Source of the DNA: a virus | Virus record (IMG/VR): IMGVR_UViG_3300042691_020932 | Span: 1 to 64,000 of that record | Direction: 5' to 3' (one strand) | DNA: 64,000 bases | Shown here: positions 28,537 to 39,600 of the stretch, in pieces | Layout of the letters: the number at the start of each line of letters is the position of its first letter | Numbering within the stretch: the stretch's first letter is position 1 | Position numbers and translations under genes: made by a program | The notes under the pieces: generated by a model | What the model was told of the DNA's origin: nothing | Seen by the model: only the letters and a program-made list of their open reading frames with translations | Databases searched by the model: none

Positions 28537-31500
28537 TCAACGAATAGTACCCATTCTTGGACCCTTTATACCAAGTCCCATACCAGCACCCATGACTGAA
28601 CCAGTATTGTTTGTTGGTTTACTGAGAATATTTGGATCCTTAATTTGTGGTTTTCCTCTTTCATCCCGTTTATTTCTGCCAGTTAATGGATCTTTTGTTC
28701 TATCAACCAAACCTTTTTTACCTTTTTCTATTTGTGTCCCAACTGTATTTCTAACTTTAATACCTTTTGCATATTCATATTCAAGAACTTGTCTATCTTC
28801 CTCAGTAAATACCGCTGGTCTCATTACTCCTGGTTTATACTTGCCCTTTAATTCTGCATATTTTGCGTCAGATATTATCGCACTACCCATGCTGCCACCG
28901 CCACCGAAGCCACCGCCCATTCCACCACCCATATTTCCACCAGTCTTGTCCTTAGATGGCAATATTACTGGGCCAGCTGGTAGAATTCTTTCTTTGGGAA
29001 ATGGTTTTGCTGCAAGAGGTGGTGCTGCGGGTTGCTTAACTGGTCTTGGATTCACTGGTGAAGATATCGAATTTGCAGGGGATTGTGTCGCAGGTGTTGT
29101 TTTTGGTGGAGCCCAAGTCTCATGAGAATTCCAAGTAACTGGAGCAAGACCTGTTTGTTGGTCTGACTGTGTACTTTGTGTCTGCAGACTAGTTTCTGTA
29201 TATGCGTCACCAATCTCCACAGTGTTTGCTTTCACCCTAACTTGATCTACCCATACGTCAGAAGATGGATATAAATCAATTGTTCCCGTATAAAAATCTT
29301 CGGCAAAGGGATTTACGCTAACTGCCCTAGTTGCATATGGTTGATTTAATAGTCTAACTTCTGTATAATCCAGAGTTACAAGTTGTCCTGTTTTTCTTAC
29401 ACCGGAGCCTATGATATTATTATCAACTCTAGCGTCAGCATTTGGTCTTAATGCTGGACTATTTCTATTTAATTTTATTCTAGATGTTGTTCCTAATTGC
29501 AAATCAAGTGAAGTCGTATAGTGAGTTGGTCTTAATTCCAAATTCTTAGTGTCTATGGAATTTTTAACAATTGTTGATTTATTTTGAGCGATTGTAGTTG
29601 AAAAATTATCAACAAAAAATCCAGATTTAAATCTATTTAAACCATTCTCATCAGTCACTGTAAAATTAGAAGCCTCAATTTCCAAAGCAGAAAGAGAAGT
29701 ATAATACTCTAAATTTTCTATCCTACTTTCAAGTCTTCCAATATCTGCCATAGTATATCTTCTATGTTCTTTCAACTCAACTTCTGCAGTTTCGGCATTG
29801 CAAAGATAAGGTGGAAGATATACCGTCGCTAATTCTAGGGCATCGTCATTTGAAGTTGGAACCTGTGGAATTTCTGCAGGAATTCCATATTTTACATAAA
29901 ATAAACCATTTTTATCCAAAAGTATCTTATCAATTCTTGGTAGGTAAAACGAATAAGTTAATAATATTGATTCGTCTGAAGCCAAAACATCTGATGCGGA
30001 ACTACCTAAAGCGGTAATGTCTCTTCCCAAAAACTCAAATGGCGATCTTGTACCTTCTGTTGCTACTATTGATGACACTCTAGGTCTTATGTCAATAGTA
30101 TCTGTACTTCTTATTTCACCATCTACTAGTTCAACCTCACAAAAATCAAACTGATCGTAAGAATTTGCTGTTGTTATATCTCCAGTATCTGAGAAAGAAA
30201 AACTTGCAGACTCAAAGACTACTTTTAATTTTCTTGTCAGTGTTTTTGTTGTATTTTCCCTGACCAATTTGGAATAATCATAAATCGTTGGTTTTTGATT
30301 ACTATCAAGACGGAACAGAGTAGTTACATTTCTATCACCAACATCAACTGAAGAAACAGTCGCAGTAATTCCACTTTCTCTGAAAGTTATAGTTTCTCCC
30401 TCAATAAAAGTGTTTGAGTTTATATAAACAAACCCTAATTTCAAATCATTTATTTTTTCTACATAAATTCCAATTGCTTTGCTTGTACTACCTATAAACT
30501 CTTCCCCTACTAGTAGATCTCCAACTTTATTTGTTGGGCCATTTAGAGCAGTTAGTACTACGGAAGGTAAATCCGGAGTGTTTGTGTCATTTGACTCAAA
30601 AATTCCATATACTTTTGTAACATCTGGTTCAAGTAAACAAATTTCATTATCTTGCACTCTAGTTCCATATGGATAATTTCCATACACTAGTCCATCATTT
30701 AAGGTGGTTGATCCAATTCCAGAAGCAGATGAACTTGATTTGTCTATTACTAGAACTTTAGCTCTATTTTTATTTTTAATTTTAGACTTTACATTAATTT
30801 TTCTAAGGGTTGCAATTAGTTTAGCATTTCCATTTTCAGTAAGTCCTGTTACAACTAAAGACTTTGACCCATTTGAATAAACAAAATTTTCCTGTCTTAA
30901 TGATTGTGTAGTACCATTCTCTGTTATTAAAACATATCTTTCCTCATCAAATGGTAAAAATGTTTCGTCCGTGTCTGCAGTTAAAGTCTGTGTTGACCCC
31001 TGGGTTATAAGAACATTAAATTGTTTTCTTATAGTTAAGTTTGTTTCGCTTAAATCGACACTTTCTACATTTTTTTTAGGAAGAACAGTGTATAAAGTAT
31101 TATCAATAGAATTTTGAACGTTTGATGATAATACTTTAAAGTCTGATGGATTTATAGCAGTTGTTGGGAGAGCACCATCACATATTCCAATAACTGTTGT
31201 TACACCAACAATGGTTAGTGTTTTTCCAGAAACCGATTGAACTACAGCTAAAGTAGTTGTAGTTAATCCTGGGTTTGAAAATGCAACTAGATTTCCGGTA
31301 GTGACTATTCCAGTAAAAAAGTTTTCTGTGGAAGTTACTATTGAAGTTCCTCCGGATCTTGCTGATATGTTTACCTGATCTAGCTGCAGTGATACGACGG
31401 GAAGAGTGTCGCCTGAGAAAGTATATGCACTTCCTACAGTTCCATATACTGACTGAACCTCATTTATGTTATAACTTCTTGTTTTTTTAATTATTCTGTT

Positions 31501-33132
31501 GTTGTTTTCTCCATTAAAAATTAATTTTTCTCCAATAGAAAAAGTTCCTTTCGTATCATAAACCGTTAAACCCACACCAGCGGCAACAGAATATCGCAAA
31601 AATCCTGATGCACCACTTTGTCTACCTTTTACATGAACCGGTGCAGTTAGTGTTATGGGCTCATTCAAAGTTAACTCAGTATACATCTGAGTATCGTATA
31701 AAGATATATCCCACCTATTTTCTTGTGGTCTTGATGTAGAATATGAACCAGATTCTAGTGCGAAATCATAGACCCTAGATATGCCAATTTCTTTTCCTGC
31801 AGCGGTTGTTGGTGATACCCCCACCCTAGAATCTCTAAGTGTTATATAATAACTTGTACCAAGACCTATAGAAGGAGATCCATGCACCCTATTTAAGGTA
31901 AATGTTGCTCCAGTGGTATAATTTATACTCTGATCAGCTAATGTTTTTGTAGTTCTTGGTTTTTCTATATCAAAAAACCCAGGACTTATTGATTCAATTT
32001 CAAATCCTTTAACATAGGCTTTTGTTGGAGAAATTACATATGTCGCAAGACTTTCGCTTGGTTGATTATTTTCATAAGTTAGTTGATTTTCATTGAAAAT
32101 ACCATCATTACCCTTTAAATTATTTAAACTTTCTTGTAACGTAATTACTGGCGTATTAATATAATAATCGCCAGATTCATCATAAGTTCTTCTTGCAATT
32201 TCTTGTGCTAAGATATTATATTCTGGTTTACGGTTTAATTTGAGAAGTTTTCCATCTTCAATTTCCATTAAAACAATAAAATTACTTAAATCGGTACTGT
32301 CTGATGGAATTTGCTCTAATTTTACAAAAATTGATAATCTGTCAGCGCCTGGGGCGGCAAAATTGGAAAATCCTTGAGAGTTATCATTTAAAGTCTCATC
32401 ATCATACGAATCTAGTATTCTTTCGTATATTCTAAGTCCAACTTTGCAAGTTGGTGTCGTCGTGTAAGGAGATACATATAATATACTCGTAGGAACTGAT
32501 ACAAAAAATCCTCTAATAAAGTAAATACCTTCTTCTAGGTATACAGCAGATCCCTTAAAAGTGCTTCCACCGGATAATGTTGTTGCAAATCCTTGTCCTC
32601 TTAATAGATTTAATTCTTCAATATCTTCTTCGTCATCATTTTCTATTGTTTCTGGATTTATTACAATAGTATCATCATCATCTACTAATAAATTTTCTCC
32701 GTCTAGAAATCTAGCTTGACCTACGGTAGATCCTGAAGCAAGGTATTTTACAAATAGTGTAGTATTAACTACGCCGTTTCCTTTTGCAATAAATTCCTGA
32801 ATTACTGCAGTTACTCCACTCGTTTGTCCCTTTATCTGAGTTCCTACAAGGGTATCGAGGTAATAAGTGGAAGGTTTTCCCTGAAAATCATCTTCTAAAA
32901 TTACGGCATTTAAATCATTTTTATATGTTATATTTCCCGGAATAACTACAGAACCTTCTTTGAAAAAATGATTTCCAAATTGTTCGATTTGATTTTGTAG
33001 AATAGACTGTAGAGTAGTTAATTCTCTTGCTTGTACTGGATATCCTGGTTTAAATAATACTCTAAAGAAGTTTTTTTGACTATCATAGTCATCATAATAT
33101 GGTGATATGTTTAAATTAAGCTCTTGTGCCAT
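28537..33132 (-). CDS. VrlC/DUF4815-like structural protein, N-terminal fragment
   Basis: NLNISPYYDD, PVQARELTTLQSILQNQIE, APGADRL, RRTYDESGDY, RFKSGFFVDNF; ends in a basic low-complexity tail. Confidence 0.88.
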   Translation of the reverse strand: MAQELNLNISPYYDDYDSQKNFFRVLFKPGYPVQARELTTLQSILQNQIEQFGNHFFKEGSVVIPGNITYKNDLNAVILEDDFQGKPSTYYLDTLVGTQIKGQTSGVTAVIQEFIAKGNGVVNTTLFVKYLASGSTVGQARFLDGENLLVDDDDTIVINPETIENDDEEDIEELNLLRGQGFATTLSGGSTFKGSAVYLEEGIYFIRGFFVSVPTSILYVSPYTTTPTCKVGLRIYERILDSYDDETLNDNSQGFSNFAAPGADRLSIFVKLEQIPSDSTDLSNFIVLMEIEDGKLLKLNRKPEYNILAQEIARRTYDESGDYYINTPVITLQESLNNLKGNDGIFNENQLTYENNQPSESLATYVISPTKAYVKGFEIESISPGFFDIEKPRTTKTLADQSINYTTGATFTLNRVHGSPSIGLGTSYYITLRDSRVGVSPTTAAGKEIGISRVYDFALESGSYSTSRPQENRWDISLYDTQMYTELTLNEPITLTAPVHVKGRQSGASGFLRYSVAAGVGLTVYDTKGTFSIGEKLIFNGENNNRIIKKTRSYNINEVQSVYGTVGSAYTFSGDTLPVVSLQLDQVNISARSGGTSIVTSTENFFTGIVTTGNLVAFSNPGLTTTTLAVVQSVSGKTLTIVGVTTVIGICDGALPTTAINPSDFKVLSSNVQNSIDNTLYTVLPKKNVESVDLSETNLTIRKQFNVLITQGSTQTLTADTDETFLPFDEERYVLITENGTTQSLRQENFVYSNGSKSLVVTGLTENGNAKLIATLRKINVKSKIKNKNRAKVLVIDKSSSSASGIGSTTLNDGLVYGNYPYGTRVQDNEICLLEPDVTKVYGIFESNDTNTPDLPSVVLTALNGPTNKVGDLLVGEEFIGSTSKAIGIYVEKINDLKLGFVYINSNTFIEGETITFRESGITATVSSVDVGDRNVTTLFRLDSNQKPTIYDYSKLVRENTTKTLTRKLKVVFESASFSFSDTGDITTANSYDQFDFCEVELVDGEIRSTDTIDIRPRVSSIVATEGTRSPFEFLGRDITALGSSASDVLASDESILLTYSFYLPRIDKILLDKNGLFYVKYGIPAEIPQVPTSNDDALELATVYLPPYLCNAETAEVELKEHRRYTMADIGRLESRIENLEYYTSLSALEIEASNFTVTDENGLNRFKSGFFVDNFSTTIAQNKSTIVKNSIDTKNLELRPTHYTTSLDLQLGTTSRIKLNRNSPALRPNADARVDNNIIGSGVRKTGQLVTLDYTEVRLLNQPYATRAVSVNPFAEDFYTGTIDLYPSSDVWVDQVRVKANTVEIGDAYTETSLQTQSTQSDQQTGLAPVTWNSHETWAPPKTTPATQSPANSISSPVNPRPVKQPAAPPLAAKPFPKERILPAGPVILPSKDKTGGNMGGGMGGGFGGGGSMGSAIISDAKYAELKGKYKPGVMRPAVFTEEDRQVLEYEYAKGIKVRNTVGTQIEKGKKGLVDRTKDPLTGRNKRDERGKPQIKDPNILSKPTNNTGSVMGAGMGLGIKGPRMGTIR

Positions 33133-33138
33133 AATTTT

Positions 33139-34692
33139 TTAAAACTGCAAAACAACTTTAATGTCTTCTCTTTGATTAATCGACCTAGTTATTGATGGTC
33201 TATTATCAATATAAATTATATCTCCAGAGTATTTCTTTACGTCTGGTTTTGATACACCATTAGTAAATACTTGACCAAGATAATATGTCCTACTATTTAT
33301 GACTGTAGATATACCACTAAAACTTGTATCTATTCCCAAAGTAACGGATCCACCATCTATAATTAGTGATCCACCAGATGCGGGTGAAGAAGTAAATTTA
33401 TTTAACTTAAACCCATATGTTGAGGAGGAAGTTCGTGAACCATCTGTATTAAATCCAACCAAAGACTTATCTTGCCAATATTTTAATACTCCAGTGATCT
33501 TATCATATGAGACCACTCTTCCAACTGCAGTTGATCCAATACCAATTGTTTGTCTAACTTGAGTATCTGGAAGAAAAACTGCTGTACTATATCCTATTCC
33601 AGTTAATCTTAATGCATAAATACCACTTGCTTTATCTGCAGTAAGATTAGAATCCGAATCTATATTTTTTGGATTTCTAACCAAACCAATCCTAGCGATT
33701 TGATTTCCTGTGGTAAAAACCGTGTTCTGGTCGCTATTCTCTATTCTAGAATGTAACAATACCTGATATGCACCCAATTCTCTATATATATCTGCTCCAT
33801 GACCGCCATCTGGAGGAATGATTACATCAAAAGATGGAGTAATAGTTGCAGTTGGAACACCCCCCGCTACTAAATCTACAGTGCCATAAGTATATCCAGA
33901 ACCACCATCTGAAACTGTTACAGAAGAAACTTTGGAATCACCATCAACAACAATAGTTACCTTCGCATCTGAACCATCTCCGTTAATTGGAATATTTGTA
34001 TAAACCGCATTAGCAGTTCCAACACCAACACCACGGTTTTTAATCGTTACGATTTTTATTTGCCCACTTGTTGCGGCATTATTTCTTATGGATGCATTTT
34101 CCGTATTTGTTAACCAGTTTCTTGGTACTGGTATAAAATTTGCAGAATCAAATTTTAATATCTCATTTGGTTTTATTGTAAAAAGATATTTCCATATGTA
34201 CCCATCTCCACTATCGCCCGCTATTCTTGGTTCTAAGTCGGTAAATGTTGGTTGATCCAAAGAAGGCCTACCAAGAAGATTTTCTGGATCTGTCCCATTA
34301 TGTAAACATATATAAACTTTATAATCTTCGTTGACAACATAATAATTTGCGCCGTATAGATGAGTTGCTTCAGATGGTTTTGATGTGTTAGTTCTACTTA
34401 TATCATGTCTATACATATCATAAGTTGTTCCAGACGACCAGACATTCTTTTTTACCACCTGTCTAGCGTCTTCACTAAATATTCTCTTCAATGCAATTAT
34501 AGTATCCCAACAATCATCCTCCTGCTCGAAACTATCTTTTGGCGCAGGGGGACTAAAATCCCAGTTTTCGTTATAATTTGTTGGATTTGGTAGTCCAACA
34601 AATGAATAATAACTATTTTCTCCAGAGTCTAAATCTGAGATAAAATTGTTTGCATTTAAAACTCTAAACTGATTTGTTATAATCGCAGCCAT
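33139..34692 (-). CDS. gp8: Baseplate wedge subunit
   Basis: YKVYICL.N, GDGYIWKYLF, GHGADIYRELG, SGDIIYIDNR. Confidence 0.95.
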   Translation of the reverse strand: MAAIITNQFRVLNANNFISDLDSGENSYYSFVGLPNPTNYNENWDFSPPAPKDSFEQEDDCWDTIIALKRIFSEDARQVVKKNVWSSGTTYDMYRHDISRTNTSKPSEATHLYGANYYVVNEDYKVYICLHNGTDPENLLGRPSLDQPTFTDLEPRIAGDSGDGYIWKYLFTIKPNEILKFDSANFIPVPRNWLTNTENASIRNNAATSGQIKIVTIKNRGVGVGTANAVYTNIPINGDGSDAKVTIVVDGDSKVSSVTVSDGGSGYTYGTVDLVAGGVPTATITPSFDVIIPPDGGHGADIYRELGAYQVLLHSRIENSDQNTVFTTGNQIARIGLVRNPKNIDSDSNLTADKASGIYALRLTGIGYSTAVFLPDTQVRQTIGIGSTAVGRVVSYDKITGVLKYWQDKSLVGFNTDGSRTSSSTYGFKLNKFTSSPASGGSLIIDGGSVTLGIDTSFSGISTVINSRTYYLGQVFTNGVSKPDVKKYSGDIIYIDNRPSITRSINQREDIKVVLQF

Positions 34693-34718
34693 TTTTAAGT
34701 TTTTTATTTATTTATGAG

Positions 34719-36653
34719 TTATACTGCAACCGTACTTAAGGTGCCAGCATCATCTACAATTAAACGGTATTGCGTACCATTGGGCGATGTAAGAATAATA
34801 CCCTGAGATGTATTAATACCAACCTTTACATCACCTATAACATCAAGTGTTTTGCTTGGCGATGTTGAATTAATTCCAACTAAACCATTTGATGTTGTAG
34901 TAATTACAGTTCCACCAGTTCCAACATTAAAAGTAGAAGTTGATGTAACTATACCAGAAACATTTAGATTCTGATAAATTTCTACACCTGCACTATTAAA
35001 TGTGGAATAATTAATCAATCCAGTTTCATCAGTTATTCTTACTTGCTTAGCACCCACTATGACTGGAAAATTACCAGAAATATCTCTTACATGACTGCTT
35101 CTACCACCAACCCATTCATTAGAAGCGTGATAAACTTTAAATGAATTTGAATTACCTAAATTTAATTCTTTGTCATCTATGAAAAATGCGTGATCGGAAA
35201 AATTGACATCATTGTTGAGATATAATGGTTGACTAAAAGTAGAAACCCCAGATACGCTAAGTTGGTTTGCAAAAAATGTAGATCCACTTATCGTATTAAC
35301 AGTAGATAAAGTTGAAACTCCAGAAACATTGAGTTGATCTGAAGATAAATTTGTTACGGTGCAAGCAACTCCAGTGAAATTCGTAATAATACCACTGATA
35401 ATAGACGCATTTGTAATATTTGAATTGGTTAAAGTACTGATGCCACTTGAGTTTATATTGGAAATTGTTAATTGGTTTGAGGTTAATACTTCAGTATCAC
35501 CTATCTTATACGATTTATTCGATGGAATATTTATATTTTCGCTAGATTTTAATGATTCACTGCTGTAGTTCCAAAGGAATGTTTTTCTAATGTTAGTTGA
35601 ACCAATACCAATACCTGAACCATCTAAAAGTAGATCTGTTTCTACAATTGTAGCAATTCCAACTGTAAAATCTCCAATAGTAATCTCTCCAGTAGAAACA
35701 CTAAATTGAGATCCATCAACATAAAGATCTCCCTTTATTCTTAGAGATCCTGTATTATTACCAACTCCAGATGGATCAATAATAATTTCAGAAGGTCCGC
35801 TAATTGTGTTTTGGTTTATATTAATTGCAGAACCTTCGGAACCAACTGAAAATTGGGTTGATGTTATAATACCAGAAGAGATAATATTTGTATTTGAAAT
35901 TGTTACTAGTGTAGATATGCCACTATAATTTAGATTTGATCCATCTAGATTGGATATAGATGCGTTTGTACTAGTTAAACTAGTTACTACTCCACTTCCA
36001 ACATTTAGTGTGGTTAAAGTAGCCGCTATTCCTATTATATTAGCGATATTTCCATTTGTTATCGTAGCAGCAGACCCTGTTACTGTTAAATTTCCAAGAG
36101 TGCAATTTATAATATTTGCATCGGTACTATTAAGGGTTGTTATTGTCGCTGCAGTTCCTGTTAAATTCGTTACTGTTCCACTAGAACTATTAAGCCTTGT
36201 TATAGTACCGGCAGCACTTACTAAATTAGTTACATTATTATTTGTACTGGTTGAATTTGTGACAGTTAAATCCGTTCCAAAATAAGTTGTAATAGTAGCT
36301 GCAGTTCCGGTTAAATTGGTAATGGTGCTATTTGTATTAATAATATTTGCAATTGTACCAAAACCAGAGTTAACTTGACCGTTAAAAGTTACTGATGTCA
36401 CAACACCAGTAAAACTTCCATCACCAGATACAGTCAAAGAACTGCTTGCATTTGTAGTTCCAATACCAACACTTAGTGTGGTGTTAATTCCGGTGGAATT
36501 TTTATTCCAAATACCAACGTTTAAAGTTGCACCATTTCCAAGAAAACTATACAACTCATTAAAATTACTATTAATTTTAATAGCACCAACTAATAGTGTA
36601 TCACCATCACCAACATTGGGAGCAGAACCAGTATTTATCCCTAATTTTGCCAT
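34719..36653 (-). CDS. Tail fibre-like / baseplate-attached structural protein
   Basis: gp9/gp10-type N-terminus (INTGSAPN.GDGDTL...KINSNFNELY), T/N/S/I-rich repeats, C-terminal ILTSPNGTQYRL.VDD.G.LST. Confidence 0.75.
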   Translation of the reverse strand: MAKLGINTGSAPNVGDGDTLLVGAIKINSNFNELYSFLGNGATLNVGIWNKNSTGINTTLSVGIGTTNASSSLTVSGDGSFTGVVTSVTFNGQVNSGFGTIANIINTNSTITNLTGTAATITTYFGTDLTVTNSTSTNNNVTNLVSAAGTITRLNSSSGTVTNLTGTAATITTLNSTDANIINCTLGNLTVTGSAATITNGNIANIIGIAATLTTLNVGSGVVTSLTSTNASISNLDGSNLNYSGISTLVTISNTNIISSGIITSTQFSVGSEGSAININQNTISGPSEIIIDPSGVGNNTGSLRIKGDLYVDGSQFSVSTGEITIGDFTVGIATIVETDLLLDGSGIGIGSTNIRKTFLWNYSSESLKSSENINIPSNKSYKIGDTEVLTSNQLTISNINSSGISTLTNSNITNASIISGIITNFTGVACTVTNLSSDQLNVSGVSTLSTVNTISGSTFFANQLSVSGVSTFSQPLYLNNDVNFSDHAFFIDDKELNLGNSNSFKVYHASNEWVGGRSSHVRDISGNFPVIVGAKQVRITDETGLINYSTFNSAGVEIYQNLNVSGIVTSTSTFNVGTGGTVITTTSNGLVGINSTSPSKTLDVIGDVKVGINTSQGIILTSPNGTQYRLIVDDAGTLSTVAV

Positions 36654-36685
36654 TGATAGATATACCTTTTTTAGATATTTATGAG

Positions 36686-39600
36686 TTAATTGTAGTCATT
36701 ATATTTCAATGGATTAAATCTAATAACAGATGCGGAAGTGCTAATTCCACCAATTCCATAAGAGTTAAATTCATTTGGCGATGTTCGATTAAGATTGGAA
36801 ATTTTTCCCCATGTAAAATTACCACCATAGTAAACAGTATTGTATGGAATTAGTGAAGATGTGTCGAAATAATCAAAAGTATAACTAGTAGAGTCAAAAG
36901 TGATTGCAGGAGATCCGAATCCAATAGTGCTAAGTCCGACAGATGAATCGTCATCAGATTTTGTAACTACTCTTTTAACAGAAGTTGTTCCAATTCCAAC
37001 TATTTCAGAAGTAATAGTTTGTATATTACTTACTTGATATATTCCATCAATGTATTGTGTAGAAACTCCAATTACTGAGTCATCATTTCTATAATTTGTA
37101 TAAGTTTCTGTTGTTAGACTTACATTTGAATTTTGTATGACAAAATAATCTCCAATTTCTATCTGACTAATTGTGACGGCAGTTCCAACAATATCCTCAT
37201 CTCTTAGTATAGAATTATTTGGAATATGGAAATCGAATATTTTATATTTACTAATACCAATCATAGTTTTTCCATATCCAACCACAGCTCCAAAATCACC
37301 AGAATAACTAATATTATCAATTACTTCAGACTTGGGTGTTGGTGGTTCAACTAAAACAACAGGAGAACTCAACGTTGTATATCCAGACCCTACAAAATCT
37401 ATATTAATTGATGAGACTGTACCTGCAACAGAAACATTTGTTGTCGCTCTTGCTGCATACTCGCTTCCAAATCCTATTGGATTTTGAATGGTAATTGAAG
37501 GTGGGTTTATTGGATCATATCCAATACCACCATCAGTAATTAATATCGAAGAAACAATGCCCGCAGAAGAAATAATTGCTGTTACTGATGCCGAAACAAT
37601 CACATCTTGAGATGCGACCAATATCTTATTTTGGGGTTCTTGTGCTACAAGATATTCTTTTTTGCTGTCAAAAAATGTCTTTACACTTTCAACGTATATT
37701 TCAGTAGAACCAACACTAACACTTTGAATTATATTTGTTGTTGGTTGAATAATTGGTTCATTTATAATTCTATCTTTTGTGAATAATTTATTGTCAATAA
37801 ACAAATCATCTGTCTGTCGATATAAATTAATAGTTCTTAACAGCGATTGATTCTGTGATATTCCTGGACCTGGATAATTATTGGTATTAACTGAGTCAAC
37901 AGAGTTTATTCTAGTTATTATTCTATCATTTTGACTTAAAGCGGGAGATTCATTCGTTATTCTTACAAAATCTCCAATCTTAATTTTTTGTTGTGGAGTT
38001 ACATTTGCAATATCAACACTCGATGTTCCTTGATAGAAAATAATTCTGCAAGTATCTCCATACTTTGGAGCCTCAGTGAATAGTATTGTACTTCCTCCAT
38101 CAAATATGTAACTTCTATTTGGAACTTGTAAGATGTCATTTAAAAATACTAACAATGTTGCCTGAACTTCAATCAACGATCCGAGTCTTGATTTTATGGA
38201 AACAGCAGATTCGTTATACGTTAATGGGAATAAAGTTCTAATTCCATCAAACAAATCATCTAGAGGATCGAAAATTTGTAAGTCACCAAAGAACAATCCT
38301 GAGAATGTGTCGGATGTTGTTCTATCAATTTCTAAAGAAAACTCTGAGAAAGTTAAACTATTATCTGTTGGTATACCGACAATTCCACCAATATCAACTG
38401 TCAATACTTCCCCTTGTCCGTATCCATATCCAAAGTTTTTAATATCAAAGTTAATTACACTTGATCCGTTGCCGACAACAATATCAACTTTTGCACCAGT
38501 TCCAAATCCAGTTGAAGATGATTGGCTATAAACTAATGGAATATTTGAATATGGTAGAGGATTATCAAAGACAACTTTTGGTGGATTTGATCTTGTATAT
38601 CCAATACCAGGATTAGTGACAGCAACACTTACAATTCTTCCATTACTTACTGCAGCTGTTCCAATGAATTGAATATTCGGAGTACCAGTTGATGAAGTAT
38701 AAACTCCAACATTGACAAAAGTTTGAATTCCTGCTCTATATCCAGAACCGCTATTTCCAATACTAATCGAAGATATTGTACCTGCAGCAGAAACTATCGC
38801 AGTTCCACCTGCAGCAACCAGAGGTTGATATCCAAATCCACCTGTTGAAGCAACCGATACAATTATTCCACCTTTAGGAACATTTGTTGAATTGATGTCA
38901 TAAGATGAAGTTGGAGTAGATCCTGTAAATGTTATTGTTGTAATTCCCGCACTTTCTTCAAGTAAATAATCTCCAATAATTGTTTTAGGTATAGTTAATC
39001 TCTGTGGACTTTGTGCTACCTGATTGATTAATAAAATTCCATTGCTAGTAACAATTCCTGATAGATTATTTTTATTTGATTTTAAGATAAAATCTGTTTT
39101 AATACCATTGAAAGAATCTGAAATATCATCGAGAATGTAATTTGTAGAATATGCTTCACTTGCAGTATTTTTAAATCCGGATCTTAAAAAGATTCTTCCA
39201 CTAAAAGTAGAATGAGTTGTTATTCCAGTCCAATCAGTTTCATTATTTGCTGATGTCGGAACTGGTGTTGGTCCATATGGTGGATTAATAAAGTTGATCT
39301 TGTTATTTGTTATGTTATAAGATCCAAAAAGTTTTGTAACCAAAGAGTTCTGGGAGTGTGTTGATATACCAGTACCCATCCAGGATCTATCAACCAAAAT
39401 TGAGTTTGTTTGGCCGTATCCAACACTCCTAACCTTCATTATTTCGTCATCAATCTTCAGAAGATCACCACCAAAAATAGAAGTTATTCCGGATAGACGA
39501 ACAACGTCGTCAGATATTAATAACGGTGCTGCAAGAGTTGAAGTGACCGCTGTAGAAACAATAGGAGATTGGATAACATTGTCAATTGTTATCAATGATT

